From: Entomortierella parvispora E1425
Lineage: Eukaryota; Fungi; Mortierellomycota
Length of the DNA: 64,000 bases
Assembly (NCBI GenBank): GCA_020891255.1
Contig: BQFW01000014.1
Coordinates: forward strand, 1,860,001-1,924,000
Direction: 5' to 3'
The position numbers were made by a program, and so were the translations under genes. Below, piece by piece: positions 14,769 through 28,455 of this stretch. The notes under the pieces were generated by a model that did no database searches, was not told the origin of the DNA, and saw only the letters and a list, made by a program, of their open reading frames with translations. The stretch's first letter is position 1; every line of letters begins with the position of its first letter.

Positions 14769-15988
14769 GTCTGATGTGCGGAGGTAGGAAGGGTGGGGAT
14801 GGAGGAATGGGGAATGAGGAATGAAGGAAAAGAAGAAGAAAAAGAAGAAGAAGGGAAGGAAAAAAAAAAAAATAAAGGAATTAAAAAGAACAAAAAAAAA
14901 AAGGTGTGCTACGCAGTGTGCAGTGCAAGTGTTCATTTGTTGCCCTGAGAAGAAAGCTCAATCAGCATACCATCATCCCGCAATCGCAGGTTGCAATCAG
15001 TCGTTTGTTTGCAAACACCGCTCGCTCTTTTCTTTACCTTCTCTCGATCTGCTCACTCGCTCGCTTTGCTATCAATTGGCCGATCTTTGTCCTTGTTCTT
15101 CCTCTTTGGCCCCATCCCCCCATCCCTTTCTGGGTCTCTGCCTCTTTGCGTAATGGATCGCATTCTGACTTCAAGACACGAAAATGGAACACTCCAACGT
15201 CCGCCCCCGGGTCTGTTTCCAGCTGTTTCCAGAACAATGGCCACCAACCCCACAACTTGTTCTATAGCTGTCCAACAAACCAACCTGCTCTCTCCTCACC
15301 ACCGCGTCCCAACCTCCGCTGCTTGCTGACTGTTCTGTTCCTTCTGCCTCGCCATAGAGCATGGAGGTGAGAATAGAAATAGCCAGGGCGGCTTGTCACG
15401 AATATTTTTATGCCAGCCACGCACGTCAACACGAAGAACCTTCCCCACCAAAATAATTTGTCAGCTCGGAAAGAACGAGGATTAAGATGGTTACAACAGA
15501 AACGAAGGTAATCTCACGGTCGAGTGTGCGCAAAGCCCAGTCGGGTTGCACTTCCACCCCCCTCGAAAAAGAGGTGCCCAATGCTCCAATCTGCCCCCCC
15601 TGATAAGCTCTGGACACAGAGAGACGAAACTCTGTGTTGGGTTTCGTCCACCTGGTGTGGATTGGGGGGGGATCAGTTTCTACAGGCCCGATAACGGCGC
15701 GAGATAAAGTCACCAGTTCTCATCTAATCTTTTGCTCACTCTCTCTCTCTCTTTTTTTTTTTTTTTTTTGCTCGAGTCTTTTACTTTCCCACACCCTTCA
15801 TCCAACATTCTCCGCCAGATCGAGAAGAAAAAAAAAAGCGGCAATAACAAAATGTGATGTTTTTTCTTTTTTTATCAAGAGGACAGAGATGGCCGCTGTG
15901 CACTGGCGGTTCATCTCTCTATCGTGTCTAGCTTTTGTCTATACAAAAAAATGGTTTGGGGGGAATGTAGGGAAAAAGTGGCGGTTGT

Positions 15989-17906
15989 TTACTGCTGGAG
16001 CAAGCTCTGTCCGTTCATCTCAGCGGGGATATCCAAGCCCATGACCTTCAACATGGTGGGTGCGACATCGCAGAGAGCTCCCTTGGTGTCGTTGAACTTG
16101 AAGTCCTTGCTAGTCATCACGAAAGGCACACGGGCGCAGGTGTGGGCAGTGTGAGGGGTCGAAAAGTCGTCGGACAACATCTTCTCGGCGTTACCGTGGT
16201 CAGCGGTGATGAACAAGATGTAGTTGTGCTTCACGCAAGCCTCGTAAATGGTTCCAATGGCAGCATCTGTAGCCTCAACTCCCCTGATGGCAGCCTCGTA
16301 GATTCCAGTGTGTCCAACCATATCTGGGGGAGCAAAGTTGCACATGACGAAGGGGAACTTGCCGGTGGCAATCTCCTCGGCAACCTTGTCTCCGACAGCC
16401 TGAGCAGACATCTCGGGCTTCAAGTCATAGGTGGCGACCTTGGGCGAGGGGATCAAATCGCGGTGCTCACCGTCAAACTGAGCTTCGCTACCGCCGTTGA
16501 AGAAGAAAGTGACGTGAGCATACTTCTCAGTCTCGGCAACGTGGCACTGGGGAATATGCTTCTTGGCCAACCACTCGGCGAGGACATTGGTCATAGACTG
16601 GGCAGGGAAAGCAACGGGGAAGGGGAAGTCGCCCTTGTACTGGGACATGGTGGTGATGTGCAAGTTCTTGGGAAGCTTGACGTCCATGGGAGGAGGAGCA
16701 ATTCCCAGGACGGAAGAAATCTCACGCATACGATCCGAGCGGTAGTTGAAGCAGAAGACAGTGTCATCATCGCGGATCAAGCCCTCCTTGTTGACAATGA
16801 TGGGCTTCAAGAACTCGTCAGTGACATCGTTCTTGTAGTTGTCCTCAATAGCCTAGTGAGTGCGGTGGATATCAAGGTTAGGACACTGTTGAAGACAGTA
16901 AAGGTGAGAATCGGCGGCCATTATCAAGGTACCTGAACAGGGTCGTTGGTCTCCTCGCCGACTCCGCTGACGATACCATCGACAGCAATCTTGATTCTCT
17001 CCCAACGCTTATCGCGATCCATGGCATAGTAACGACCGGTGATGGTGGCCAACTTTCCGTAATTGATCTCCTCCATCTTTGCCAAGAGTTGCTTCAAGTA
17101 TCCTGCAGCAGAGCGAGGGGAAGTGTCGCGTCCATCGCCAAAGAAGTGAATGTAAACCTCGGGCACCTTGGCCTCCTTGGCAGCGTCCAAGAGAGCAAAG
17201 AGGTGGTTCATGTGACTGTGGACTCCTCCGTCAGAGATCTATTCGAGATAGGAAGAGATTAGTATCGACGGACGGACCAATTGATACCGATTGTATTGTC
17301 CTTACCAAACCCATAAAGTGGAGACGGCCATTGCCAGCCTTGGCTTGTTCAAAGGAAGCCTTGATGTTCTCCAACTGTCCAAATTGGTTCTTGGAGGCGG
17401 CAAGATCGATACGGACAATGTCCTGAAGAAAGAGCAATCCGCCACCAAACAAACAAGAACGTGCATGTTAGTGGCTTTCAATCAAAATGTATCGTTGGGG
17501 TAGATACGACAAGTTCGTGTGCGTTTCCCCTTCCTTTATCCAGCTTCCAAGCTCTGTTTCGTGAGAATGACCTCATCTCACGTTGGACAAGTGGAGGCGA
17601 GCCAAACCATCGACTGAAAGCTTGGTTTTCGTTCGCCCAGAGAGCAGCTCCTACCTGGTAGACAACACGGCCAGCACCAATGTTCAAGTGTCCGACCTCA
17701 GAGTTGCCCATAAGGCCATCGGGAAGACCGACATCGAGACCGTGAGCGCCGAGGGTGGTGAAAGGGTACTCCTTCTCGAACTTGTCCATGTAGGGGGTCT
17801 TTGCGTTGCGAATGGCATCGCCACGGGTGTCGGCTTCAGGGGAGATTCCCCAGCCGTCAATGACGACGCAGACGACGTTGTGCTTGACCGATGCAGCGGT
17901 AGGCAT
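15989..17906 (-). CDS. gpmI: 2,3-bisphosphoglycerate-independent phosphoglycerate mutase (iPGM)
   Basis: Motifs [16 protein letters not shown] (catalytic Ser), [38 protein letters not shown] and TADHGN. About 4 exons. Confidence 0.97.
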
Positions 17907-18138
17907 GGTGATGATTAAGAATGAGGATGGGAGGGAGGGGAAAGAGGAATGAATGAAGATTGAGCAAAAGAAGGGAAAAAGAGAACTGAAAAAGCCCGAC
18001 GCTGTCTCGCATCCCTCCTGCCCTGCCCTGCAACACAGACAGTTCAAAGCCACCCGCTCGCGTCCCTTCCGTCCTCCAAGGACCCAATGCCATGCCCATT
18101 GGCTACTCCTCTGTCCTCCATTCCCTTTGCCAGACACC

Positions 18139-19402
18139 ATGATCACCCTCTCCAGGATCGCCCTGGGCCCTGCCCGCTCCTCCGCCTCCCTCTTTCCCCG
18201 CACTCGCCCATGTAAACCCTGCGCCACACAGGCCGTTCGAACCTACTCTAAATCCCACTCTTCGCTTCCTGCCCGCTCAAAACCAACGCCACCACCGTCC
18301 AACAGGACAGCATTCACTCACGGTGATGGCTCCCGCGCCGCTCGACCCTCAACAACCCGTAATATGGTCACCTTTGTGGCTGCCTCCGCCCTCGGTGTTG
18401 GTGCCTATGTCTACCAGTGGCAAAAGCATCGATCCGGCGATATCTTTAAAAACCCCTTCAGCTCTCCAGACACCCTCACAAACGAAAAATGGACGCCGAT
18501 CCTCCTCAAGAAGATCACGCCCGTCTCGGAGCACACATCTCTCTTTGATTTTGAGTTGGCTCATCCCTGCTCGATCCCCATCAGCTCCGCGATCTATGTC
18601 AAGGACGATGAGATCCAGGCTATGCGTGCCTACACACCCGTTCACTCGACCGAAGCCGAGCAGTCTTCCTTTCAATTGCTGATCAAGCGCTATAGTGAGG
18701 GTCAGGTCTCGAGATTTATGCATGCAGCAAGACCTGGACAGAAGATCGAGATGAGAGGTCCCGTCGTGATCTGGCCAGGAAGTCAGGCCGATCTGGAGCA
18801 GTGGGATGAAATCGGCATGGTAAGGAGATCTGACAAATATTTTCAACCCTGGTTTACCTGGATCAAATTTGGACGTGCATGGTTGTCCATTGGCGACTCT
18901 CTTTTTTTAACGCATGTTCCTTGTTGACAACGTATAGATTGCTGGAGGAACTGGAATCACGGCTGTTTTGCCCATCATTCACTCGGCTTTGACCCACCCT
19001 ACTAAGAAAATCAAGATCTCGCTCTTGTTCGCGGCGCATTGTCCCGAGGAGCTTTACTTCAAGGACGAGCTGGATCAATTGGCAAAGACATACGGCGGTC
19101 GGTTTGTCGTCTCCTATGCCATTGATAAACTTCCAGCAGCATCTACAGGATCAGAAGTCGTACCATGGAAGGGTCATGTCGGATTTGTGAACGCAGATAT
19201 GCTCAAGGGTCTTTTGCCTCAACCTCAGACTGAGACTCCTTCAGAAGGCAACCCCACAAAATCCATTGTTTTGGTCTGTGGACCAGAAGTGATGGTCAAG
19301 CACGTAGCAGGTACTCGAGGCTTGAGCGGACATGAGCCTGTGCGGGGCGTCCTCGGTGCAATGGGATACCAGCGGGACCAGGTTTTCCGGTTCCCAAACT
19401 AA
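18139..19402 (+). CDS. Mitochondrial NADH-cytochrome b5 reductase-like flavoprotein (FNR family)
   Basis: R/S-rich presequence and a hydrophobic segment ([17 protein letters not shown]). FAD motif RAYTP, and GQVSRFMH. Intron 18820-18937 precedes the NAD-binding IAGGTGIT; LVCGPEVM lies near the C-terminus. Confidence 0.85.
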
Positions 19403-19517
19403 AGGCCGTGTAAGCGAAATAAAAGACAGTCACGTCTCGTAAACACATTCGCTTTGAAAGCAACCTTTCTTCCACTTCATTCATTACCACCAACCACCAC
19501 ACACCATTACCACCGAC

Positions 19518-21593
19518 ATGCCTTACAGAGAGCGCGTGCCAGAGTTCCAGGCCATCATCATGGCCGGATACGGCAATGGGTAATTACATTCACAGGACAG
19601 CTTCCGACAAGGATGACTGACATTCAACCCGCAGCTGTGCTTACTCACGTTCGATGCAATCGCGCCACTAGATTGTACCCATTGACCGAGGAAAACAACA
19701 TGCCCAAGGCCTTGCTTCCCATTGTTAACCAGCCAATGATCTCGTACCAACTCTCATGGCTCGAGTCATCAGGTGTCCATGGTACAGTCTCTTTTCCCCT
19801 GACAAAGGCTCCGGTTTCCTTAGTCTTAACCTGCTTTTGAAATTCATGGAACAGGATACACGACTGACCAATTGTGCCTCAATATTGTTTATTTTTTTTG
19901 CAATAGATGTTATTGTGGTCAGCTTGAAGTCTGGATCTGACAAATTGGGACATTACTTGAAGAAGGTCTACGAAGGACCATTGCGCATCAGCATCGAAAT
20001 TGTGGACGACAACACTGGAACCGCCGATGCTTTGGCGTCGATCAAGGATAAGATCAAGGTATATAGACCCAAGAGCTGCATCTTCAAGGGACAAGCTTCG
20101 ACCGGCTGGCTCAGGAAATGACACAATTGAGAACAGTTGCAAATCAAGACAGAGTCATTTTGACTAACTATGTCTTTCTTCATTTTAGACCGACTTCTTG
20201 GTTATCAGCTGCGACCTCATGACGGACCTTATACCCCATCAGTTCTTGGACATGCATCGTTCTGAGGATCCTACTGTCACAGCATTGTTCTTTGAGCCCA
20301 GCAAAGGAGAGGGTGGACCATCTGGATCAAGCAAAGTCAAGGGTGAGGCCTCCAAAGCATGTTTTTTATTTTGCATGGCCGATGAGTCACTCAGACTCAA
20401 AAAAAACTTGATTCTTGTGGTGCCTTTGTTTTAACTCTTGTTTTTGGAAACAAAAAAAAACTATAGATGTCACGCAGTATATTGGAGTCGATGCCAGCAA
20501 CTCTCAATTGGTCTACTTGAATAATGCCGACTCTATGGCTGAGGACGAGTTCTCATTAAGGATTTCCCTGTTGAACAAACACCCCGTGATGAACATCAGT
20601 CGCTTGTTGCAGGACGGTCATTTGTACGTGTTCAAGCGCTGGGTCGTCGACTTGATCTCTGTTGTTTCACAAAAGAGGACTATGGCCAGTTTGAAGGAGC
20701 ACGTTTTGCCATTGTTGGTCAAGAGTCAGTATCAGAAGGTTTTGGCCGATCGCGAGGGTGTGACCAAAGGTATGGGACATCATGGGATTGTTTCCTTTGC
20801 ATCGTGGACTATGGCATGGATATTGAGCCAGAAAAGGAGGAGATGGATTATCTGCTAAGCACATCTTTTTCTATATGTTTCTCTGAAATAGCTGTCAAGG
20901 CATCCATGGCAGCACACCCCAACACACAGAAATTGGCTTTGAGTCTCTCAACAACCCAGCCAATCGCCACAGAGGAGGAGGGCAACGGAGAGGACAGCGA
21001 TGAGGACGAACAGACTGGCGAATGGAAGAGCCCAGTTCACTGCAAGGCCTTTGTCTTGCCCAAGGAGATTTACTGCGGACGCGCCAACACCATCCCCAAC
21101 TACTTTGAGGTCAACCGTTATGTAAGTGTCTTTGATTTTTTGATTTTTTTTTTTTTTAATTCCCCAGATGAAGTGAGAAATTGGTCGTCCTTGTTACGAT
21201 TGATTTCTAATCGCTCTTACTTTTGTGCATCCACAGTACACAAAGACCACGGATAAGGTCAGGAACCCAGGAGCCAGCAGCCAGGTGCAGACTCAGGTCG
21301 GAGCAGATTCTTTGATTGGCGACGACACCAAGCTTGGCGAGAGATCGTCGGTCAAGAAGTCGACTTTGGGATCCCATATTACGATTGGAAAGAACGTCAA
21401 GATTGTCAACTCGATCATCATGGACCACGCTATTCTGGAGGACAATGTCAAGGTTGAGGGATGCATCATCTGTGCAGGCTCCAAGATTTGTGAAAAGTCG
21501 ACTCTCAAGGACTGTGAGGTTGGTGGAGGATTCAGAGTCGAGAAGGAGACGACAGCCAGGAATGAACAGCTCGTCGACTTCCAGGAGCAGTAG
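19518..21593 (+). CDS. GCD1: Translation initiation factor eIF2B gamma subunit
   Basis: NTP-transferase-like N-terminus (FQAIIMAGYG..LYPLT....PKALLPIVNQPMISY), DFLVISCDL, and a C-terminal hexapeptide left-handed beta-helix (VGADSLIGDDTKLG..SVKKSTLG). Multi-intron model with approximate internal exon limits. Confidence 0.9.
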
Positions 21594-22111
21594 AAAAACA
21601 AATTGTAGATAGGAGAATGTAATACAGGAAACTACATGAAAAGTTACCATTTCGTCACACTGTTACCATCAATCATACGCCCTTTTTATTTGCTATCGTT
21701 GCCATTCTTGCGCGCTCTGCATAATCTCCACGAATTCTCCTTGGCGTAGAAAGGTAACGTTCAAGCACTCAATTCTGATAAATGGCACTAAGGTGGCGGT
21801 TGATTACCAAGTGGTGGAAGGATCGACTTCGCAATTGCGGAAATACGACAATGCCTGAGTTAACTCGCACCGAGAAGATGCAGAACGGGACCTTTTCGGA
21901 CCTCATTTCCAAAAACAAGTTTTCACGCGTTAAAAATCTCTGTTGGTGGAAAGTAGGCGCGTACTTTACTGAAAAAAGGCAAGGCTCGCTCTCTCTCTGA
22001 TGGAGGCGCGGGAGCTGGGTGCGACTGCCAATAATGGGTGATATCTACGACTCCTGCCCGGTGGCGAGCGTGCATCTGAGGGGACGGAGGGTCGGTAGCC
22101 CCTCAGTGCCT

Positions 22112-22474
22112 CTACTGGTCAAGCAACGACTCTCGTATCTCCCACTTTGATTTATCCTGCAAATCCTTGGAGAGAACACGGAACGTGTAGTTCTTCCTAA
22201 AGTACTCGAAATTCTGAGCCTTTTGCTCTCTATCCAGTTCCTCGCTATCCACGGTCTCAGAGTGCAACAGGTACATGATCCCATTTTCTCTATCGTCAAA
22301 AAAGCTGTATCCACCAGGAAGAATGTTCTGCTTGTCATAGGCCTCAATGAGCTTTTCTCCTGTTGACAATAAAGAGAGAAGTGAGTATCCGTTGTCAGTG
22401 GAGTAAGTTAGATTCGTTATTAGGCGACAATCAGCAAATTCAAACCTCGTTTACTTACTTGTGAGTTTAGCCAT
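22112..22474 (-). CDS. Small (~87 aa) hypothetical protein, 2 exons
   Basis: ATG at 22474, exon to 22459, GTAAG donor, CAG acceptor at 22361-22360. The in-frame product is MAKLTREKLIEAYDKQNILPGGYSFFDDRENGIMYLLHSE...SLLDQ. No family recognised. Confidence 0.55.
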
Positions 22475-23009
22475 GACTGAAGCTAAGTGGAGCAAAGATG
22501 ATCTTAGAGGGTGATATGTGGAGGGGTGGTGGAGGCGAAAAAAAAATGGTAGAGGTAAAGAGGATGGCAAATGGATAAATTCAATTTTCGGAAAAAAGAA
22601 TAACTGAGTGTATGTGCACGAGCGTGAACAGGGCGAAGGAGGGCGGACGAGGGCGGAAGGGATTCTCTCTCTTTCGCGTCATCATTTTTATAATTCATAT
22701 AAACCAATGTTGCCGCTGCGTCATCGATGGACACACTCGCATTGCAACAGCCTACCATCTCTCGAAGTGCTTTGCAATGAAGGCAGTGCTAGATGATACG
22801 ATAAAGCCTGAGGGGCCATTTCTTCTCGCCTGGCTTTCGATTTTGCATTTGTGAGAATAGTGCTACGCCACCTCAATGATCTGTAGTCCGTAGCTACCCT
22901 CCGCCCTGATGAACTCCAACCTATTGTATGACAAGCGGTAACTCTTCATTCCTAGATGACTGGTCTTTTCTCACATTTATTTGTTCAGCAGAATACAATT
23001 GCGGAAAGT

Positions 23010-24387
23010 TCATTGCTCCCGTTGAGCCAGTGCCTCAAGTTTCCTCTGGGCAATGGCAGATCCTTGAGCAGCGGCCTTCGAATACCATTCAAAGGCTTGC
23101 TGGTTGTCTTGAAGAACACCATGGCCGTGCTGGTACATCATGCCTATGTTGACCTGGGCGTCAGCATGTCCTTGCTCAGTGGCCCTCAGATACCATTCCA
23201 TTGCCGTCTGGTAATCCTGTGGAACACCCTTGCCATGGCGGTATGTCTCACCTAGGGCATGCTGGGCCTCGGAATATCCTTGTTGAGCTGCCTTCAAATA
23301 CCACTCTGCTGCCTTGTGATGGTTTAGAGCAACGCTGTCCCCATCATCGTACATCACACCTAGGTCGAACTGAGCATTGGCATCTCCTTGCTCGGCAGCT
23401 TTCAAGTACCATTCCATAGCCTTGAGCTTGTCCTGTGGAACAACATCACCAACGTGATATAGGAGACCCAGGAAATGCTGAGCTTGAGAGAGCCCCAGGT
23501 CTGCTGCCTTCCTATACCACTCCACAGCCTTGGGGATGTCCTGTGGCACACCTCTGCCATGGTGATAAAGGACACCAAGGTTAAACTGGGCATTGGCGTA
23601 TCCTTGGTTGGCCGCTTTGAAATACCACTCTGCGGCTGTAGAGTAGTTCTGACTTACATCTTCACCACCGTCAAACATTGCGCCGATACTGAACTGAGCA
23701 ATGGAGTATCCTTGAGCAGCCGCCCTTTTATACCATTCCATGGCCTGCGACAAGTCCCTTGGCACAACCTCACCCACATAGAACATCGCGCCAACACTGA
23801 ACTGAGCCATCGCGTGTCCTTGCTGCGCTGCCTTGATAAACCACTCCATCGCTTTGGAGAGATCGTTGCCTTGCTGATACATCATCCCCAAATTAAACTG
23901 GGCAACGGCGTGTCCTTGATCGGCGGCCCTGAAAAACCACTCCTTGGCTTCAGAAGAGTCTTGCGGAACGCCCTTGCCATCACGGTACAGGATACCGATG
24001 CTGTTCTGAGCAGAGGCGTTTCTTTGGCGGGCGGCTTTCATATACCAATGCATGGCTTTGGTGTAGCTTTGGGGAATGTCCTCACCCTTCTCATACATTT
24101 GGCCAACATTATACTGAGCGATTGAGTCCCCTTTGGCTACATCGTCCAAGCTGTATAGTTAAACCATGGCAACGTTAATACGCAGTATGTTGGAGGTGTG
24201 GACTCAATACATCAATTACATGGTTGTCCCAAGAGGTACTGATTGTCTTGCATTGTTACCTGTTGCCATTCAAGTCGTCTTCCAAATCATCACTGACTAG
24301 ATTTGTGCTAACCCGAAGGCTGTGCCTTCCGCTGGGGTTGGCGTTGAGATCCTTGACTCCATCTGGATTGGGAGCGGTATGAAACAT
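23010..24387 (-). CDS. Sel1-like repeat protein (10 tandem ~36-aa SLR repeats)
   Basis: Repeats of AQxNLGxMYxxGxGVPQDxxKAxEWYxKAAxQG. Upstream exon 24387-24260 joins 24150-23010 via a phase-2 GT-AG intron. Confidence 0.92.
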
Positions 24388-24673
24388 GAGCTGAACGGGT
24401 CTTGATGAAGTAGAGCAGTCGTGGAATTTGTTGAATGCGAGAGAAAGAGGAGAGGAGCGAAGAGTGAAAGAGTGAACCATTGAAGGTTCCCGTCTTCTTT
24501 CTTATAGAAGATGCAAAGTGGTCTACTTTGCCTTTTGATCCGCAAACAAAAAGGAGCAAACGACCTACTTTGCCTTTTGCCCCACATCGCAAGAAAGAAC
24601 ACAGCAGCTTCCTTTGCCATTTTTTTTTATCACGATGAAGGCTAGTTTTATTCATGGATTCAATGGCCGCCTT

Positions 24674-26736
24674 CTAGTCATCGTGGGAGTCGATTCCAAA
24701 CTGGTCGAGATATGCAACACGTCGGTGCTCATAGATGGTGACAGCATCGCGAGTATTTTGCTGCTCCCATTGAAGGACAAATGGCGAAATGGTTCTGGTA
24801 GACACTTTGGAGGTCTTGGGGGTCTGGGCGTTGATTTGAACAATGCCATCGCCCTCCAGCGATTGAGTGCTGACTTCGCCCCATGAGGACTCTGAAGGTG
24901 AGGGGGAGGCCCGGATCATGTCCACCAGTTCCTCGCCCACCACCTGGACTAAATCCCTCATTTCTGGGACGATGCCAGTCATTTGCATGAACGCATGGGA
25001 AACACCAGACACGATTCTCAGAGTGGTATCGCTGTGATCATCCTCAGACAAGGTCACCCCAGCAGCCGCAGCCTGTTTGCGCTTGGCCTGACGCAGCTTT
25101 GCCATAAAGATAATCGAGTCGTCCACAAGAGGGTCCTTTTCGCCTGTGATAATATAAGTACGAGGGTATTGGGCCAAGATATGGTCGGGTGTGTGAATGG
25201 GCGAGACCAAGTAGTTGGATTTGAGGTCCAGAGTAGGGTCACCGCCAATATACATCACCATTAAAGCGCGCATCTAAACAGAGAACGCAAGGAGCAATGA
25301 CGGATTAGGAAACGCCAACGTAAAACTTTCTTTTTCCTTCAGTTATAATAACTTACAAATGCTGTGCCGAGAACAGTATCATCCATGAACGCGGCTTTAC
25401 TGTTCAGGGTCATACCATCACCTCGACCTGGCCTGGCCTTCAAGGCATCTTCAGGGATGGGGCCTCGAGAAATCTCTTCCTCAACCACAGCCAAATCCTT
25501 GTTACTGATCCAGAAGTCCAATCCAACTTGCATGCATGGGTAGACCATCAGCAGTCCGACTGGGAGAGGGAGTCGAGGCGAGTGTTCAATGATCATGTTG
25601 ATCACAGAAGCCGACAAAGTTCCACCACTATGATGCATGTCACAAAACCAGACCGTTAATTACCAAGAGCAAACTACGTCGCACAATTACGAGAAAAGGG
25701 ATACTTACGCAGAGTCACCAGCAAGTGCAATGCGGGGCTGAACTGATCCATTGAGACCGATGCAGGCACCTCTGGTGGCGACAATCATCTTGTAGACGTC
25801 AAAGCACTCGAACAACCCATGAGGGAAAGGGTACTCTGGCGCCTTCTTGTAATCGATACTGACGATAGGAAGACCAGTTTGGGCAGCCCAAGCCATCAGA
25901 TAGTCTGCATGGCAAAGGGGGTTCATCGCAACGAATCTATCGCATAGGGAAAAGGACGGTAAGCTTTCATACATGACGGTACAGGCACAATCTTGTTACC
26001 GGTCTCTGTTGTCTTACCCTCCTCCAGGAATGTCCAGGATGAAGGACTCTGCAAGGGCAAACTCTTCCTCGGTACCCTTGAAAAAGATAGTCAAGGTCAC
26101 TGTAGCGTCCGAGTGATAGCCCTTGCCCTTCTCGAGCTGCACCTGGATCTCACGACGGATGCCCAACTTGGGGGCGTTGATCCAGGTCATCAGTCGGATG
26201 ACGGGGTGCAGCATTTTCTCCCAAGATCGACGCATGTGGACTGGCGTAATAGTCTTTAGCATCATGTTGTTCTTCTCCAAGGCTCTCTTGGGGAAGAAGA
26301 GATAGTAAATACTAAAGATGGCTGACATGGTGTCCCTCAAGGCCTTTGGCTGAATGTTTTGCGACGTGAAGAAGCCTGCATCCAGCGCCGACAGGATCCA
26401 GAGACCACGCGTGTATCCTCTTGTGTACCGACGGGAGAACTAATTGTGTTGAACGCAAGGATTGAAAAAAAACACGCGATATGTTGAATTAGTCGCCTGT
26501 TTTCTTTCGCCCTCCTTTTCTTCCATCTTTCATCTGCAGAACAAAAACAAATAAAAAGAGATCCATGGGGCACAATACCATCTTCTTTTCGGACTCAGCT
26601 GGCGTCAGTCCAAGAAGCAAATCCGCGTGATGAGCAGCATAGAGCGTTGTCAAGGCCCCTATGAGGATCTGCCAAGGCGTGTATCGTTTCAAGAGGCGAT
26701 GGACACGCTGGAAGGGCCCGGGGCCAGCTGCAGGCA
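24674..26736 (-). CDS. Hormone-sensitive-lipase-like alpha/beta hydrolase (family IV esterase)
   Basis: Oxyanion ILDIPGGG|FV, SIDYKKAPEYPFP, nucleophile GDSA|GG split by an intron, Asp in GEKDPLVDD and His in GVSHAF. Confidence 0.85.
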
Positions 26737-28109
26737 TTTTGCGTAACGCGATATAGCTGGATGAACAGAGATGCATGAAAAGAGACAGATCGGCGGTTCT
26801 TTTTTAGTGGCGCTGACCACACGACATCCTCATTCAGGAAGACTTTGGATCTGCAAAGATAGCGAACGGTACCTCATGAACAGCACCACCACAGCCTGGA
26901 TTTTATCCCAGGAGGGCGAGGGACGACCGGCAATGTGACCCAGCATGAATGGAGGCGAATGTTGGAATGGAGCGGGAGAATGAGAATGACAGCGCTGAGT
27001 AAAGAGAGATGGAATAAACGGATGTGGAGAGAGAAACAAGAAAGAGAGAAAGAAGGGCAAAAAGGGGTGCAGAGGAAGGGGTATGAAGGAACGAAGGAAC
27101 GAAGGAGCTGGAGGGACAAAGAAGCAAAGAAGAAAAGAAAGAAAGAATAAAAAGACGGCCTCATCCCTTCCTACTCCCACTCGCTCTCTCTCTCTTTTTC
27201 TGTCATTCTCCACAGTCCAACGCCACGCGCCAGTCGCTGCGAGGGATGTCCCCGGACAATGGCTCCCGTTGGCTGCCCCTGCTCTCTGCCCTGTCCTGCA
27301 GTCCTGTGGAGAAGGGTGTCCCTGTCCATGGCTCAGAGATGTGACCTTCCTTTGCTCCTGGCCACTCACGCACGTCCAGATCGGACAGATCACACGTGAA
27401 AATGAATTGGGCAGCGGGGACTCTCATTCAGGTGCAACCTTGAATGGCGATGTATGTACTCAAGCACGAGTACCCTCCCTCGTCCTTTTTCCTCTTTCCC
27501 TCTTCCTCGGTGCTAAACACTGGTGATATGAAGGCGGCCTTCTTGGGAGCGTGCAAGTTGATTTAGTGCTGTTTTTGCTTTGTCTATCTTGTGCATCTTG
27601 TGCATTTTGTGCTTTACTCACTCTGCGGATAGCTTCATGTTCTTCAATGGATACGTGAAAGCCTGATATGGAGGAGAGAACGAGAAGAAAGAGAGACACA
27701 CAAAGGAGGGACACGAAGAGAAAAAGAGAGCAGGCAAATGAAGAATCGGTCACGCATCTCCACTCAAGCGGCCGCGTGGCAGTTACCGCAACCCAATTGC
27801 ATTCCTGTACGACTAGGACTCTATGCAGCAGGACACTATGCAGCAGTCAGCAAACGCGATGACATGGCTGCCACGAAAATCGACTTTTTATTCATCTAGC
27901 GCCTTGTCTATGGAATTATGAGGGCTTCACCACGTATTTGGGTGAATTCGGGCAGGTTGTTGATTGTCCACAAATGACCCACTCCATATGACATCTAGGG
28001 CAAGTCGAGCTTTCTGCTACGATGAGGAAAAGAGCCATTTTACTATGATTTTGGAGTGTTCGGCGGTCACGAGCGACGAGCGACGAGCGATGGTAGGGTT
28101 ATCGAACCA

Positions 28110-28455
28110 ATGCAGGTAGGTCGTGGGATTTGAGCGTGATGGTGGCGAAAAGGAAGTGTGTGTAGCTTGAATTTGAAGAGATAACAAACGTCAGCAGGTT
28201 ATTTTTCTATTGGCTATATGTGCAGCATGTCTTTTGCTACCCGTTGTCCTGTTGATCAACAACAAAGATTTCTTTGGAGCTGCAAACATCGATGTAACAA
28301 GTCTTCTGAGTTTTATATTTTTATTGCTGGGCATCATTGTATCCTACGTGAAGCAGCAGGTACTGGAAATCAATACATGGTCCGATTTTTGGGCTATGCG
28401 CAAAGTAGCAGACACGATTGAGTTGGTCGACAAAAACGTTCAAAAGTCAGCATGA
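28110..28455 (+). CDS. Possible small two-TM membrane protein (or the last exons of a decayed gene)
   Basis: ATGCAG|GTAGGT at 28110-28121 and acceptor CAGCAG|28198 are in frame with ORF 28210-28455. The product has two long hydrophobic stretches. No family recognised. Confidence 0.3.
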
